From: Candidatus Pacearchaeota archaeon
GTDB taxonomy: Bacteria > Patescibacteriota > Minisyncoccia > Minisyncoccales > Minisyncoccaceae
Assembly (NCBI GenBank): GCA_035421265.1
Contig: DAOLWP010000002.1
Span: 1 to 38,931, forward strand
Reading direction: 5' to 3'
Length of the DNA: 38,931 nucleotides
Made by a program: the position numbers and the translations under genes. A model generated the notes under the pieces. The model was not told the DNA's origin. It did no database searches and saw only the letters and a program-made list of their open reading frames with translations. This document shows positions 1-7,072 of the stretch, piece by piece. Numbering within the stretch: position 1 is the stretch's first letter; each line of letters begins with the position of its first letter.

Positions 1-175
1 TGTGATGTTTACGGGGTCAGACCCCAAGGGCATTGGGGGGTCTGACCCCTAAACATCACCCAGTATAAAGACCTAAACATCACCCAGGTATAAAGAGGCA
101 TAAAGACCTAAACATTATTTTTTCCTTTTTCAAAATGTTTAGGGGTCTGACCCCCAAACATCATTCTAAACATCA
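1..175. repeat. Cluster of GC-rich palindromes (GGGGTC[A/T]GACCCC x3) with TGATGTTT/AAACATCA arms plus short tandem direct repeats
   Basis: Palindrome copies lie at 13-25, 37-49 and 142-154. Positions 2-25 and 37-59 form a near-perfect inverted repeat with one unpaired base. CTAAACATCACCCAG(G)TATAAAG occurs at 49-70 and 73-95; ATAAAGACCTAAACAT occurs at 65-80 and 100-115. Read directly from the sequence; truncated by the window start. Confidence 0.7.
135..161 (-). terminator. Possible terminator hairpin downstream of the Elp3-like gene
   Basis: The hairpin is ATGTTT(A)GGGGTC-T-GACCCC(C)AAACAT, just beyond the minus-strand stop at 173-175. The trailing U-tract is short (UUUG), so this is only moderately terminator-like. 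Confidence 0.35.
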
Positions 176-1831
176 GGATTTTAAAAGTTTTATCATATAG
201 CCATTTTTAAGCCGATAACCTAAGCGGCGATAATAATCTCTTACTCCTGCTCCAGAAATTATTGCGATTTTTTTGTAGCCAGCTTGTTTGGCTATTTTTT
301 CCGCCTTATAAATCAATTTTTTACCCAAACCTCTATGTTGGACTGGCGCATTTTTTTTATTAATTAAAGCTGTTGGACCATAAGTGTGGAGTTCTCTAAT
401 CAAAGCCGTCTTTTTTAATTCCGAGGGGAAAGAGTTAGTTGATGAATAAAATTTTAATATATTTTGAAAGGGAAGACGGAGGCGCAATAAACTATACAAA
501 TATTTTCTTTTTTTATCTTCAAAAGTTAAAAGTATTTCTTTTCCATTAGAGGCCTCGTAATCTTCTTGGAAGAGGTAAATATTTTTTAGGGAAATTTTTT
601 CATTTTCTTTTTTATTTTGAACTTCGCGGCAACGGATACATTGGCAATGCCAATTTTCTTTTTGCATCTCTTGTTCAAGCACTTGACGCAAATTAGAGAT
701 TTTAGTTCCTCCCTCTACGATTAAAGGCGAGGGGATGTCGCGGATAATTCGTTCAATTCTTACATAGCGAGGGGTAATTTTTTTAATAGCTTTTAAGGTG
801 TTAATTAAAACTTCTTTAGAACAAGGACTATATTTTCCTTGTTGGTATTTTTGATATAAAGCAGCTTGTTTTACTAAAGCGCAAGGATAAATTTTTAAGC
901 AGTCTGGCTTAAAGTCGGGATTATTAAATATTTCTTGGAACATCTGAATATCTTTTTCAGGACTAGAATCATAAAGATTAAGCATCATTTGATAAGAAAC
1001 CTTAAAACCAAAATTTTTTAAAATTTGAGTAGCTTGAATTATTTCTTTAACTCCATGCCCTCGTTGGTTTTGTTTTAAGATATTGTCATCAACAGCTTGG
1101 ACACCGAGTTCTATTTTAGTGGCTCCTAATTGGCGCATTCGTTCAGCTTCTTTAATATCAATATAATCTGGCCTTGTTTCAAAAGATAGGGCCACTATTC
1201 TGTGTTTAGCTTTTTCATTTTTCTTTTGCGCAATTTTTAATTTTTTCCATAAATTAGCTTCGCTTAATTTTTTATCATTTGAATTATTTTTATCTTGATT
1301 GCAAGCATCAAATATTTTTTTACAAAACCAAACTTGATATTTTTTAGGATACGCAGACCAAGTCGCGCCAATTATTCTTACTTCTATTTTATCAGTGGGA
1401 TGACCGCCTAAACTTAACATTTCTAAACGTTTTTGAATTTGTAAATATGGGTCAAAATTTAATTTTTTAGCTCTTTCAGCCGCTGGTTCGCCCGGTAAAT
1501 AGCTGCGCGGAAAATTAGGCGTGTTAGGGCAATATAAACAATTGCCCGGGCAAGGATATGGTTTAGTTAATACTGAAACATTTACTACACCGGACAAAGA
1601 ACGGACCGGCCGAGTTGTTAATAATTTTTCTAAGTTTTTATTAGGAGCAATACTTTTTTCTTTAACTAAATTGTGATATGCTTTTAAGAGAGCGATATTG
1701 GTTGAACAAGGAATTTTTTTTAATTTAGAAATTTTTCTTTTTACCATTGCTAAATCATCCGCGCTGTAAGCGTTTATATTAAGAAGTTCTTTGATGATTA
1801 ATTGATTGTTTTTTTCATTATCGTTTTTCAT
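173..1831 (-). CDS. elp3: Elp3-family radical SAM / GNAT acetyltransferase (Elongator protein 3 homolog; tRNA U34 carboxymethylation type)
   Basis: This 552-aa ORF has a radical-SAM Cys cluster (YPCPGNCLYCPN) after an N-terminal basic region. It also has a central TIM-like radical SAM body and a C-terminal GNAT motif (QHRGLGKKLIYKAEKIAKQAGY). The layout and length match Elp3. Confidence 0.8.
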   Translation of the reverse strand: MKNDNEKNNQLIIKELLNINAYSADDLAMVKRKISKLKKIPCSTNIALLKAYHNLVKEKSIAPNKNLEKLLTTRPVRSLSGVVNVSVLTKPYPCPGNCLYCPNTPNFPRSYLPGEPAAERAKKLNFDPYLQIQKRLEMLSLGGHPTDKIEVRIIGATWSAYPKKYQVWFCKKIFDACNQDKNNSNDKKLSEANLWKKLKIAQKKNEKAKHRIVALSFETRPDYIDIKEAERMRQLGATKIELGVQAVDDNILKQNQRGHGVKEIIQATQILKNFGFKVSYQMMLNLYDSSPEKDIQMFQEIFNNPDFKPDCLKIYPCALVKQAALYQKYQQGKYSPCSKEVLINTLKAIKKITPRYVRIERIIRDIPSPLIVEGGTKISNLRQVLEQEMQKENWHCQCIRCREVQNKKENEKISLKNIYLFQEDYEASNGKEILLTFEDKKRKYLYSLLRLRLPFQNILKFYSSTNSFPSELKKTALIRELHTYGPTALINKKNAPVQHRGLGKKLIYKAEKIAKQAGYKKIAIISGAGVRDYYRRLGYRLKNGYMIKLLKS

Positions 1832-1844
1832 AAAAAAATAAAAA

Positions 1845-2540
1845 ATGGAACAAGAATTAGCTAAAATTATTTTAGAAAAAACTGCGGACGATTACAATCG
1901 GATAGCCGCAAAATATTCTCAAGTTCGGGAAAAAAACTGGAAAGAAATGAATTTTCTTTTTGAGAATTATCTTCAGCCCAAAGATCGGGTCTTGGATTTG
2001 GGTTGCGGAAATGGCCGATTTTACGAAAATTTTGTCTCTCAAGATGTTGAATATTGGGGCACTGATTTTTCTGAAGAAATTCTTAAAATTGCTCAAAAAA
2101 ATTATCCGCTGGGACGGTTTGATTTAGCAGACGCTTTAAATTTGCCTTATGAAACCGAGTTTTTTGATAAAGTTTATAGTTTGGCGGTTCTTCACCATAT
2201 TCCTTCTTTGGAATTTCGTTTAGAATTTTTAAAAGAAGCTAAACGGGTTTTAAGATTAGGCGGTCTTCTTATATTAACAGTTTGGGATTTAAAAGAAAAG
2301 AGGAAAAAACGAAAATTTAATTTTTTAACTTGGTATTGGGAATTAGGATTAGATAAAGGCGATATGTTTTTGCCATGGTATGGGGTTAACGATGCTTATT
2401 TTCATTGTTTTGACCTGAAAGAATTAGTTGAATTAGTGGAAATGGTTGGATTGAAAATAATTAGAAAGGGGGAAATAAGGGTGGGAGAAAGGCCTTATAA
2501 TAATTTTTATGTAGTTGCCCAAAAAATAGATATAGAATAA
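1845..2540 (+). CDS. Class I SAM-dependent methyltransferase, Trm9/ALKBH8-like
   Basis: Motif I is VLDLGCGNGRF. Further blocks match my recollection of yeast Trm9: YNRIAAKYSQVREKNW, ADALNLPY..FFDKVYSLAVLHHIPS.EFR, GGLLILTVW, DMFLPWY, YFHCF..KEL and a C-terminal NNFYVVAQK. Generic methyltransferase is certain; Trm9-type is probable. Confidence 0.6.
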   Translation: MEQELAKIILEKTADDYNRIAAKYSQVREKNWKEMNFLFENYLQPKDRVLDLGCGNGRFYENFVSQDVEYWGTDFSEEILKIAQKNYPLGRFDLADALNLPYETEFFDKVYSLAVLHHIPSLEFRLEFLKEAKRVLRLGGLLILTVWDLKEKRKKRKFNFLTWYWELGLDKGDMFLPWYGVNDAYFHCFDLKELVELVEMVGLKIIRKGEIRVGERPYNNFYVVAQKIDIE

Positions 2541-2589
2541 TTTTATTAAAATAATTAAATAAATAATAAAATAAATTAACAAAAACAAA

Positions 2590-3207
2590 ATGGAACAAAA
2601 CTCTTTTAAAATAAAAAATAAAGCAAAATATAATTTTGTTGTTTCTGGATCGGCTGATATTAAAATTTGTTGCCCTGATATTATTGAATTAAGCGAAAGA
2701 GTGGGTGCGGAGATAGCAATAAACGGGCATACTCTTATTACTGGCGCGACTAGCGGAGTGCCATATTATTGCGCTTTAGGTTGTAAAAAGGCGGGAGGAT
2801 TTAATGTGGGTTTTTCGCCAGCTGAATCTGAACTTTCCCATATTAAAAGGTATCACTTGCCAGTTGAACCATTTGATGTGATGATATATACAGGGGGAGA
2901 TTACGTGGGTCGCGATGTAACAATGACTAAAGCAGCTGACGCAGTTATTATAATTTGCGGACGAATGGGCACATTACATGAGTTTGCTACTGCTGTAGAA
3001 ACTAAAAAACCAATCGGTGTTTTAGAAAGAACTAAAGGAGTGGCTGATGAAATTAGGAATTTGATTAAACAGATTTATAGCCGTGAAAAAGAAAAAATTA
3101 TATTTGAAACAGAGCCAGAAATTTTAGTAAAAAAATTAATAAAAATTGTTGCGCAAAAGAAAAATAAAAGCAAATTATATATTAAAAATAAAAAAATAAA
3201 AAAATAG
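2590..3207 (+). CDS. LOG/SLOG (TIGR00725-like) Rossmann-fold protein, possible nucleotide N-glycosidase family
   Basis: VVSGSA...LITGATSGVPYYCALGCKKAGGFNVGFSP and ICGRMGTLHEF resemble the GGxGTxxE motif of the LOG / lysine-decarboxylase-like family. The C-terminal tail is Lys-rich. Confidence 0.55.
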   Translation: MEQNSFKIKNKAKYNFVVSGSADIKICCPDIIELSERVGAEIAINGHTLITGATSGVPYYCALGCKKAGGFNVGFSPAESELSHIKRYHLPVEPFDVMIYTGGDYVGRDVTMTKAADAVIIICGRMGTLHEFATAVETKKPIGVLERTKGVADEIRNLIKQIYSREKEKIIFETEPEILVKKLIKIVAQKKNKSKLYIKNKKIKK

Positions 3208-3215
3208 TTAATTTT

Positions 3216-3680
3216 ATGAAAAAAATTTCTAAAATTAAGATTAAAAATAATTCTCAAAAAAAAATTGTTAAATCTAAAACTAAAATCAAGATTAAAACAA
3301 AAACCAAAGCGAAAACCAAAACCAAAACCAAAACGACAAAAAGTAACATTACTCTTAAAGCAATAAAGAAAACTAAGTCAAACAAAAAGAATTTAAAAAT
3401 TATTAAATTAAAATCTAAAAATAATCAAGAAAAAAGAGTTGGTTTAGTTACTCATTATTTTAATAAAATTAAAGTTATGGCAGTAAAACTGCAAGGACCT
3501 TTATCAATTGGAGACACTATTCGAATTAAGGGCGGTCAAGGAACCAATTTTAAACAGAAAGTTTCTTCTTTAGAACTAAACAATGAAAAAATTAAGCAAG
3601 GTAAAAAAGGGCAAACAGTGGGAATTAAAACAAAAGAAAAAGTTAGAGAGGGCTACATAGTTTATAAAATAATACAGTAA
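3216..3680 (+). CDS. Polybasic (KTK-repeat) protein with C-terminal EF-Tu domain-2-like beta-barrel (translation elongation factor-like protein)
   Basis: The first ~70 aa are almost only K/T/S/I/N (KTKIKIKTKTKAKTKTKTKTT). The C-terminal ~85 aa (VGLVTHYF.KI.V..V.L.G.LSIGD.I.I.G......Q.V.S......I...KKGQ.VGIK) looks like the small beta-barrel annotated as elongation factor-like. Confidence 0.45.
   Translation: MKKISKIKIKNNSQKKIVKSKTKIKIKTKTKAKTKTKTKTTKSNITLKAIKKTKSNKKNLKIIKLKSKNNQEKRVGLVTHYFNKIKVMAVKLQGPLSIGDTIRIKGGQGTNFKQKVSSLELNNEKIKQGKKGQTVGIKTKEKVREGYIVYKIIQ
3270..3342 (+). repeat. Coding low-complexity A-rich microsatellite, core (AAAACC)n at ~3312-3334
   Basis: Reads aaa tct aaa act aaa atc aag att aaa aca aaa acc aaa gcg aaa acc aaa acc aaa acc aaa acg aca aaa. 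The hexamer unit keeps the reading frame. Confidence 0.8.
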
Positions 3681-3683
3681 GCT

Positions 3684-4928
3684 ATGAAATTTATCGCTGA
3701 TTTTCATCTGCATTCTAAATATTCTCGAGCAACCGGCAAAAATACTGATTTAGAGAATATAGATAAATGGGCCAAAACAAAAGGAATTCAAGTAATTACT
3801 TGTGGAGATTTTACTCACCCTATTTGGTTTAAAAATTTAGAAGAAAAATTAGAATTAGCTGAACCAGGACTTTTTAAATTAAAAGGATCTAAGACCGGAG
3901 TGCGTTTTATTTTAACCACTGAAATAAGCTGTATTTATAGCAAGAAAGGTAAAATAAGAAAAATTCATATACTTGTTTTTGCTCCTTCTCTAAAAATCGT
4001 GGAAAAATTAAATCAACGCTTGGCGGCTATTGGCAATATTTCTTCTGATGGTCGGCCAATTTTAGGCATAGATGCTATAGAATTGTTAAAAATAGTTTTA
4101 GATGTTTCTCCGGATTGTTTATTTGTACCAGCGCATTGTTTAACGCCGTGGTTTAGTATTTTTGGTTCAAAATCTGGGTTTGATTCTATTAAAGAATGTT
4201 TTGAAGATTATTCTCAATATATTTATGCTATTGAAAGCGGATTATCGGCTGACCCTGCTATGATTTGGCGAATACCTGATGGTCGGCGAGTGACTATTAT
4301 TAGCAATAGCGATGCTCATAGTGTAGAAAAAATAGGTCGGGAAGCTAATATTTTTAATACAGAAATAAATTATTTTTCTATTATAAACGCCATTAAAACA
4401 AAAAACCCAAAAGAATTTTTAAGCACCATTGAATTTTATCCTCAAGAAGGCAAATATTATAATGATGGCGATAGATTATGCAATATCTCTTTAAACCCAA
4501 AAGAATCTTTAGAATATGGCGAACTTTGTCCTTCTTGCGGGAAAAAATTGGTTATTGGTGTTTTAAACAGAGTTCAAAAATTAGCTGATAAAGAAGAAGG
4601 ATTTAAACCTGACAATATTACTCCTTTTCAAAATATTGTTCCCCTAAAAGAGATTATTGCTGAAGCGTATGGAGTAGGGGTAATTTCTAAAAAAGTTCAA
4701 AATGAATATGAAAAAATTACAGCCAATTTTCCAGAATTTGAAGTTTTATTAAATGTTTCTTTAGACGATTTGAAAAATATTGCCGATAAACAAGTTATAG
4801 AAGGAATAAAGCGGGTTAGAAATGGAGAAGTAAAAATTCAACCTGGTTTTGATGGGGTTTTTGGAAAAGTAAAAATATTTTCCGATATTGAAAAACAAGA
4901 ATCAATTCGTCAAGGCCGACTTTTATAA
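3684..4928 (+). CDS. Endonuclease Q-like PHP-domain nuclease
   Basis: Blocks DFHLHSKYSRA, TCGDFTHPIW, DGRP, PAHCLTPWFS, ESGLSADPAM, SNSDAHS..KIGREANIF, a Zn-knuckle CPSCGKKLVIGVLNRV..LAD, and C-terminal QPGFDGVFGKV. They match the block order I recall for Pyrococcus/Bacillus EndoQ. Confidence 0.75.
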   Translation: MKFIADFHLHSKYSRATGKNTDLENIDKWAKTKGIQVITCGDFTHPIWFKNLEEKLELAEPGLFKLKGSKTGVRFILTTEISCIYSKKGKIRKIHILVFAPSLKIVEKLNQRLAAIGNISSDGRPILGIDAIELLKIVLDVSPDCLFVPAHCLTPWFSIFGSKSGFDSIKECFEDYSQYIYAIESGLSADPAMIWRIPDGRRVTIISNSDAHSVEKIGREANIFNTEINYFSIINAIKTKNPKEFLSTIEFYPQEGKYYNDGDRLCNISLNPKESLEYGELCPSCGKKLVIGVLNRVQKLADKEEGFKPDNITPFQNIVPLKEIIAEAYGVGVISKKVQNEYEKITANFPEFEVLLNVSLDDLKNIADKQVIEGIKRVRNGEVKIQPGFDGVFGKVKIFSDIEKQESIRQGRLL

Positions 4929-4952
4929 AAATAATAAATTAAAAATAAAAAT

Positions 4953-5702
4953 ATGATTATTCAAACTATTATTACTATAATTGTGCTCGTAATTTTAGCT
5001 TCTATAAAACAAGTTAATCAATATGAAAATGGACTTAAATTTACTTTAGGAAAATTTTCTGGCATTATGAAGCCGGGTTGGAATTTAGTATTTCCAATTT
5101 TTCAATCGTATAACAAAGTAGATATGCGAGTTAAAGCTGTGGATGTTCCAGACCAAGAAGCCATTACGCGGGATAATATTTCGGTTCGTGTTAATGCTGT
5201 TATTTATTATCAAATTAGCTCAGCCGAGCAAGCAATTTTAAAGGTAGAAAATTTTTATTATGCTATTTCTCAATTAGCCCAGACCACTATGAGGAATGCA
5301 ATTGGGCAGGTTGAATTAGATGAGCTTTTGTCTCAACGCAGTAAAGTTTCGGAAAGTATAAAAAATATTATTGATGAAACAGCTAAAAACTGGGGCATTA
5401 ATGTTTCCAATGTAGAATTAAAAGATATTACATTACCAGAAGAAATGAAAAGAGTGATTGGGCGCCAAGCTGAAGCAGAACGAGAAAAAAGAGCTGTTAT
5501 TATTAAGGCCGAAGGAGAAGTTGTGGCGGCTAATAATATGGCTAAAGCAGCTGAAACTCTTGCTCAAGCCGAAGGAGCATTACATTTAAGGACTTTACAA
5601 ACTATTACAGATGTAAGTTCTGATGAATCAAATACATTAATTTTTGCCGTACCCTTAGAAGTTTTGAGGGCTTTTGAAAAAATTAATAAAAAATCAGAAT
5701 AA
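4953..5702 (+). CDS. SPFH/Band-7 (stomatin/prohibitin-like) membrane protein
   Basis: An N-terminal TM helix is followed by a typical SPFH core (VDMRV...QEAITRDN..V.V.AV.YY.I, LAQTT.R...G...LDE.LS.R) and a coiled Ala/Glu-rich tail (RQAEAEREKRA.I..AEGE). Confidence 0.85.
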   Translation: MIIQTIITIIVLVILASIKQVNQYENGLKFTLGKFSGIMKPGWNLVFPIFQSYNKVDMRVKAVDVPDQEAITRDNISVRVNAVIYYQISSAEQAILKVENFYYAISQLAQTTMRNAIGQVELDELLSQRSKVSESIKNIIDETAKNWGINVSNVELKDITLPEEMKRVIGRQAEAEREKRAVIIKAEGEVVAANNMAKAAETLAQAEGALHLRTLQTITDVSSDESNTLIFAVPLEVLRAFEKINKKSE

Positions 5703-5721
5703 TTAAATTTTGTAAATTTAT

Positions 5722-5754
5722 AAAAGCTTCAGCTAGTAACTAGCTGAAGCTTTT
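5722..5754. terminator. Bidirectional terminator-like perfect palindrome between convergent genes
   Basis: AAAAGCTTCAGCTAGT-A-ACTAGCTGAAGCTTTT is a 16-bp perfect stem with A/T runs at both ends. It lies 20 nt after the SPFH stop and overlaps the mltG stop (5753-5755). Confidence 0.6.
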
Positions 5755-6799
5755 AATTTAGATATTTATTTTTAGCAATAACATGCTCTGTAAAATTTTT
5801 ACTATATACAGTTTCTCCGCTTGGTTTAGAAAGATAATACCAGTAATCGCTTGGAGCAGGATAAATTGCCGCTATTAAACTATCTAATCCGGGATTGGAA
5901 ATCGGTCCAATTGGCAACCCTTTATATTTGTAAGTATTATAAGGAGAATCTATTTCAGTAAATTTTGTATAAATATTATCGGGGTTTTGAATTTGCAAAG
6001 CATATAAAATTGTGGCATCAGCTTGTAATGGTTGACCATTTCTAAGTCTTTTCCAAAGAATTCCTGCAACAATTTTTTTATCGTCTAATGTTTTAACTTC
6101 TTTTTCTAATATAGAGGCCATAGTAACAATTTCGTAAATACTTTTATTTTGTTTTTTTATATCCTCTCTCATTTGCGGAGTAAGTTTATTGTCAAAATTA
6201 ATTAACATTTGGGTAACAATATTTTCTAACGAAGCATCAATAGAAACATAATATGTATCTGGAAAAAGAAATCCTTCTAAACTTGCTTGCGCTGGGCAGT
6301 CTTCTAAAAATTTAAACTGGGGAACCAAAGTATTATGAAAAGCAGCGTTTTTATTTTGAGCTTCTGCCGGCTTGCCGGTAATATTATAAAAATCTTGAAT
6401 AGTGCCAAAATTTTGAGATTGTAGATAAGCGCCTATTTTTGCTAAATCCCATCCTTCTACAATGGTTAGCTTAAGTTGGGCAGTTTTTCCGTTAGTTAAT
6501 ATCTCTGCAATTTGACGGCCAGTCATATTAGAGCTAATTTCATAAGCTCCAGCTTTTATATTTTTTAAATTTCCTGACGCGAAAAGGTAGGCTAGTAAGG
6601 GATAAGGATCGCTCAAAATGTTTTGACGAGCTAAATCAAAAGCCACCTCTTTGGCTGATGAAGATGGCTTAACCCTATAAATAATATCAATTTGTTTCAG
6701 ATTAGAATGATTATAAATGCCGTCGTAAAAATAATAAGCTGTAGAAAAAATAGTAAGGGCGATAAGAATTATAATAATATTTCTAAGTAAATGTGTCAT
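5753..6799 (-). CDS. mltG: Endolytic murein transglycosylase MltG (YceG-like)
   Basis: N-terminal TM anchor, a LysM-like region, a conserved ASILEKE motif and a C-terminal YNTYKYKGLPIGPISNPG...AA..P block. Confidence 0.85.
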   Translation of the reverse strand: MTHLLRNIIIILIALTIFSTAYYFYDGIYNHSNLKQIDIIYRVKPSSSAKEVAFDLARQNILSDPYPLLAYLFASGNLKNIKAGAYEISSNMTGRQIAEILTNGKTAQLKLTIVEGWDLAKIGAYLQSQNFGTIQDFYNITGKPAEAQNKNAAFHNTLVPQFKFLEDCPAQASLEGFLFPDTYYVSIDASLENIVTQMLINFDNKLTPQMREDIKKQNKSIYEIVTMASILEKEVKTLDDKKIVAGILWKRLRNGQPLQADATILYALQIQNPDNIYTKFTEIDSPYNTYKYKGLPIGPISNPGLDSLIAAIYPAPSDYWYYLSKPSGETVYSKNFTEHVIAKNKYLN

Positions 6800-6838
6800 T
6801 GCTTTTATATTGTAAATAAAAAATGTCTTTTAGTCAAT

Positions 6839-6868
6839 TTGACAAATTTAAGCAAGAGAGTATATTAT
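6839..6868 (+). promoter_or_regulatory. Sigma-70-like promoter (consensus -35 TTGACA, -10 TATATT/TATTAT)
   Basis: TTGACA lies at 6839-6844. After a 16-18 nt spacer comes TATATTAT at 6861-6868. This is the only perfect -35 hexamer I noticed in an intergenic region of this window. Confidence 0.45.
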
Positions 6869-6884
6869 AGATAAATAAAAAATT

Positions 6885-6985
6885 ATGAACACCCCTTTAA
6901 AAATAAAAGCTTATCAAACAAATTGGGAGACTAAATTGATTACTTTAGTCGTTTTAAGCTTTTTGGCAAAGACATAGAGGGTGTT
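6885..6985 (+). other. Long nested imperfect hairpin coinciding with a 30-codon ORF (candidate sRNA, leader or small membrane peptide)
   Basis: Nested helices are AACACCC 6888-6894 / GGGTGTT 6979-6985, AAAAGCTTA 6905-6913 / TAAGCTTTT 6955-6963, AAAC 6916-6919 / GTTT 6951-6954, and GACTAAA 6929-6935 / TTTAGTC 6944-6950. The ORF from ATG 6885 to TAG 6975-6977 encodes MNTPLKIKAYQTNWETKLITLVVLSFLAKT. Confidence 0.35.
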
Positions 6986-7013
6986 TAATTAAATAATAAT
7001 TATAGTTTAATAT

Positions 7014-7042
7014 AAACCCCTCTAAAAGAGAGGGTTTCTTAA
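7014..7042 (+). terminator. Terminator/attenuator-like hairpin 30 nt upstream of greA
   Basis: AAACCCCTCT-AAAAG-AGAGGGTTT is followed by CTTAATTT. It is a GC-rich stem in an otherwise AT-rich spacer. Confidence 0.4.
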
Positions 7043-7072
7043 TTTAATAATAAAAAATAAAATTCAAGACTT

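Noticed and set aside
1-175. CRISPR array
   Set aside because: The repeats are palindromes and short direct repeats with irregular spacing (2-3 copies). There is no constant repeat/spacer periodicity and there are no cas genes in the window.
3270-3342. A-rich hexamer repeat as a phase-variation (frameshifting) switch
   Set aside because: The repeat unit is 6 nt, so slippage preserves the reading frame. It can at most vary tail length, not switch the gene on or off.
6800-7072. tRNA gene or known riboswitch in the mltG-greA spacer
   Set aside because: There is no cloverleaf, no GTTCRANYC T-loop and no acceptor/anticodon arrangement. I could not match it to any riboswitch consensus I know. It is kept only as an unclassified structured element.
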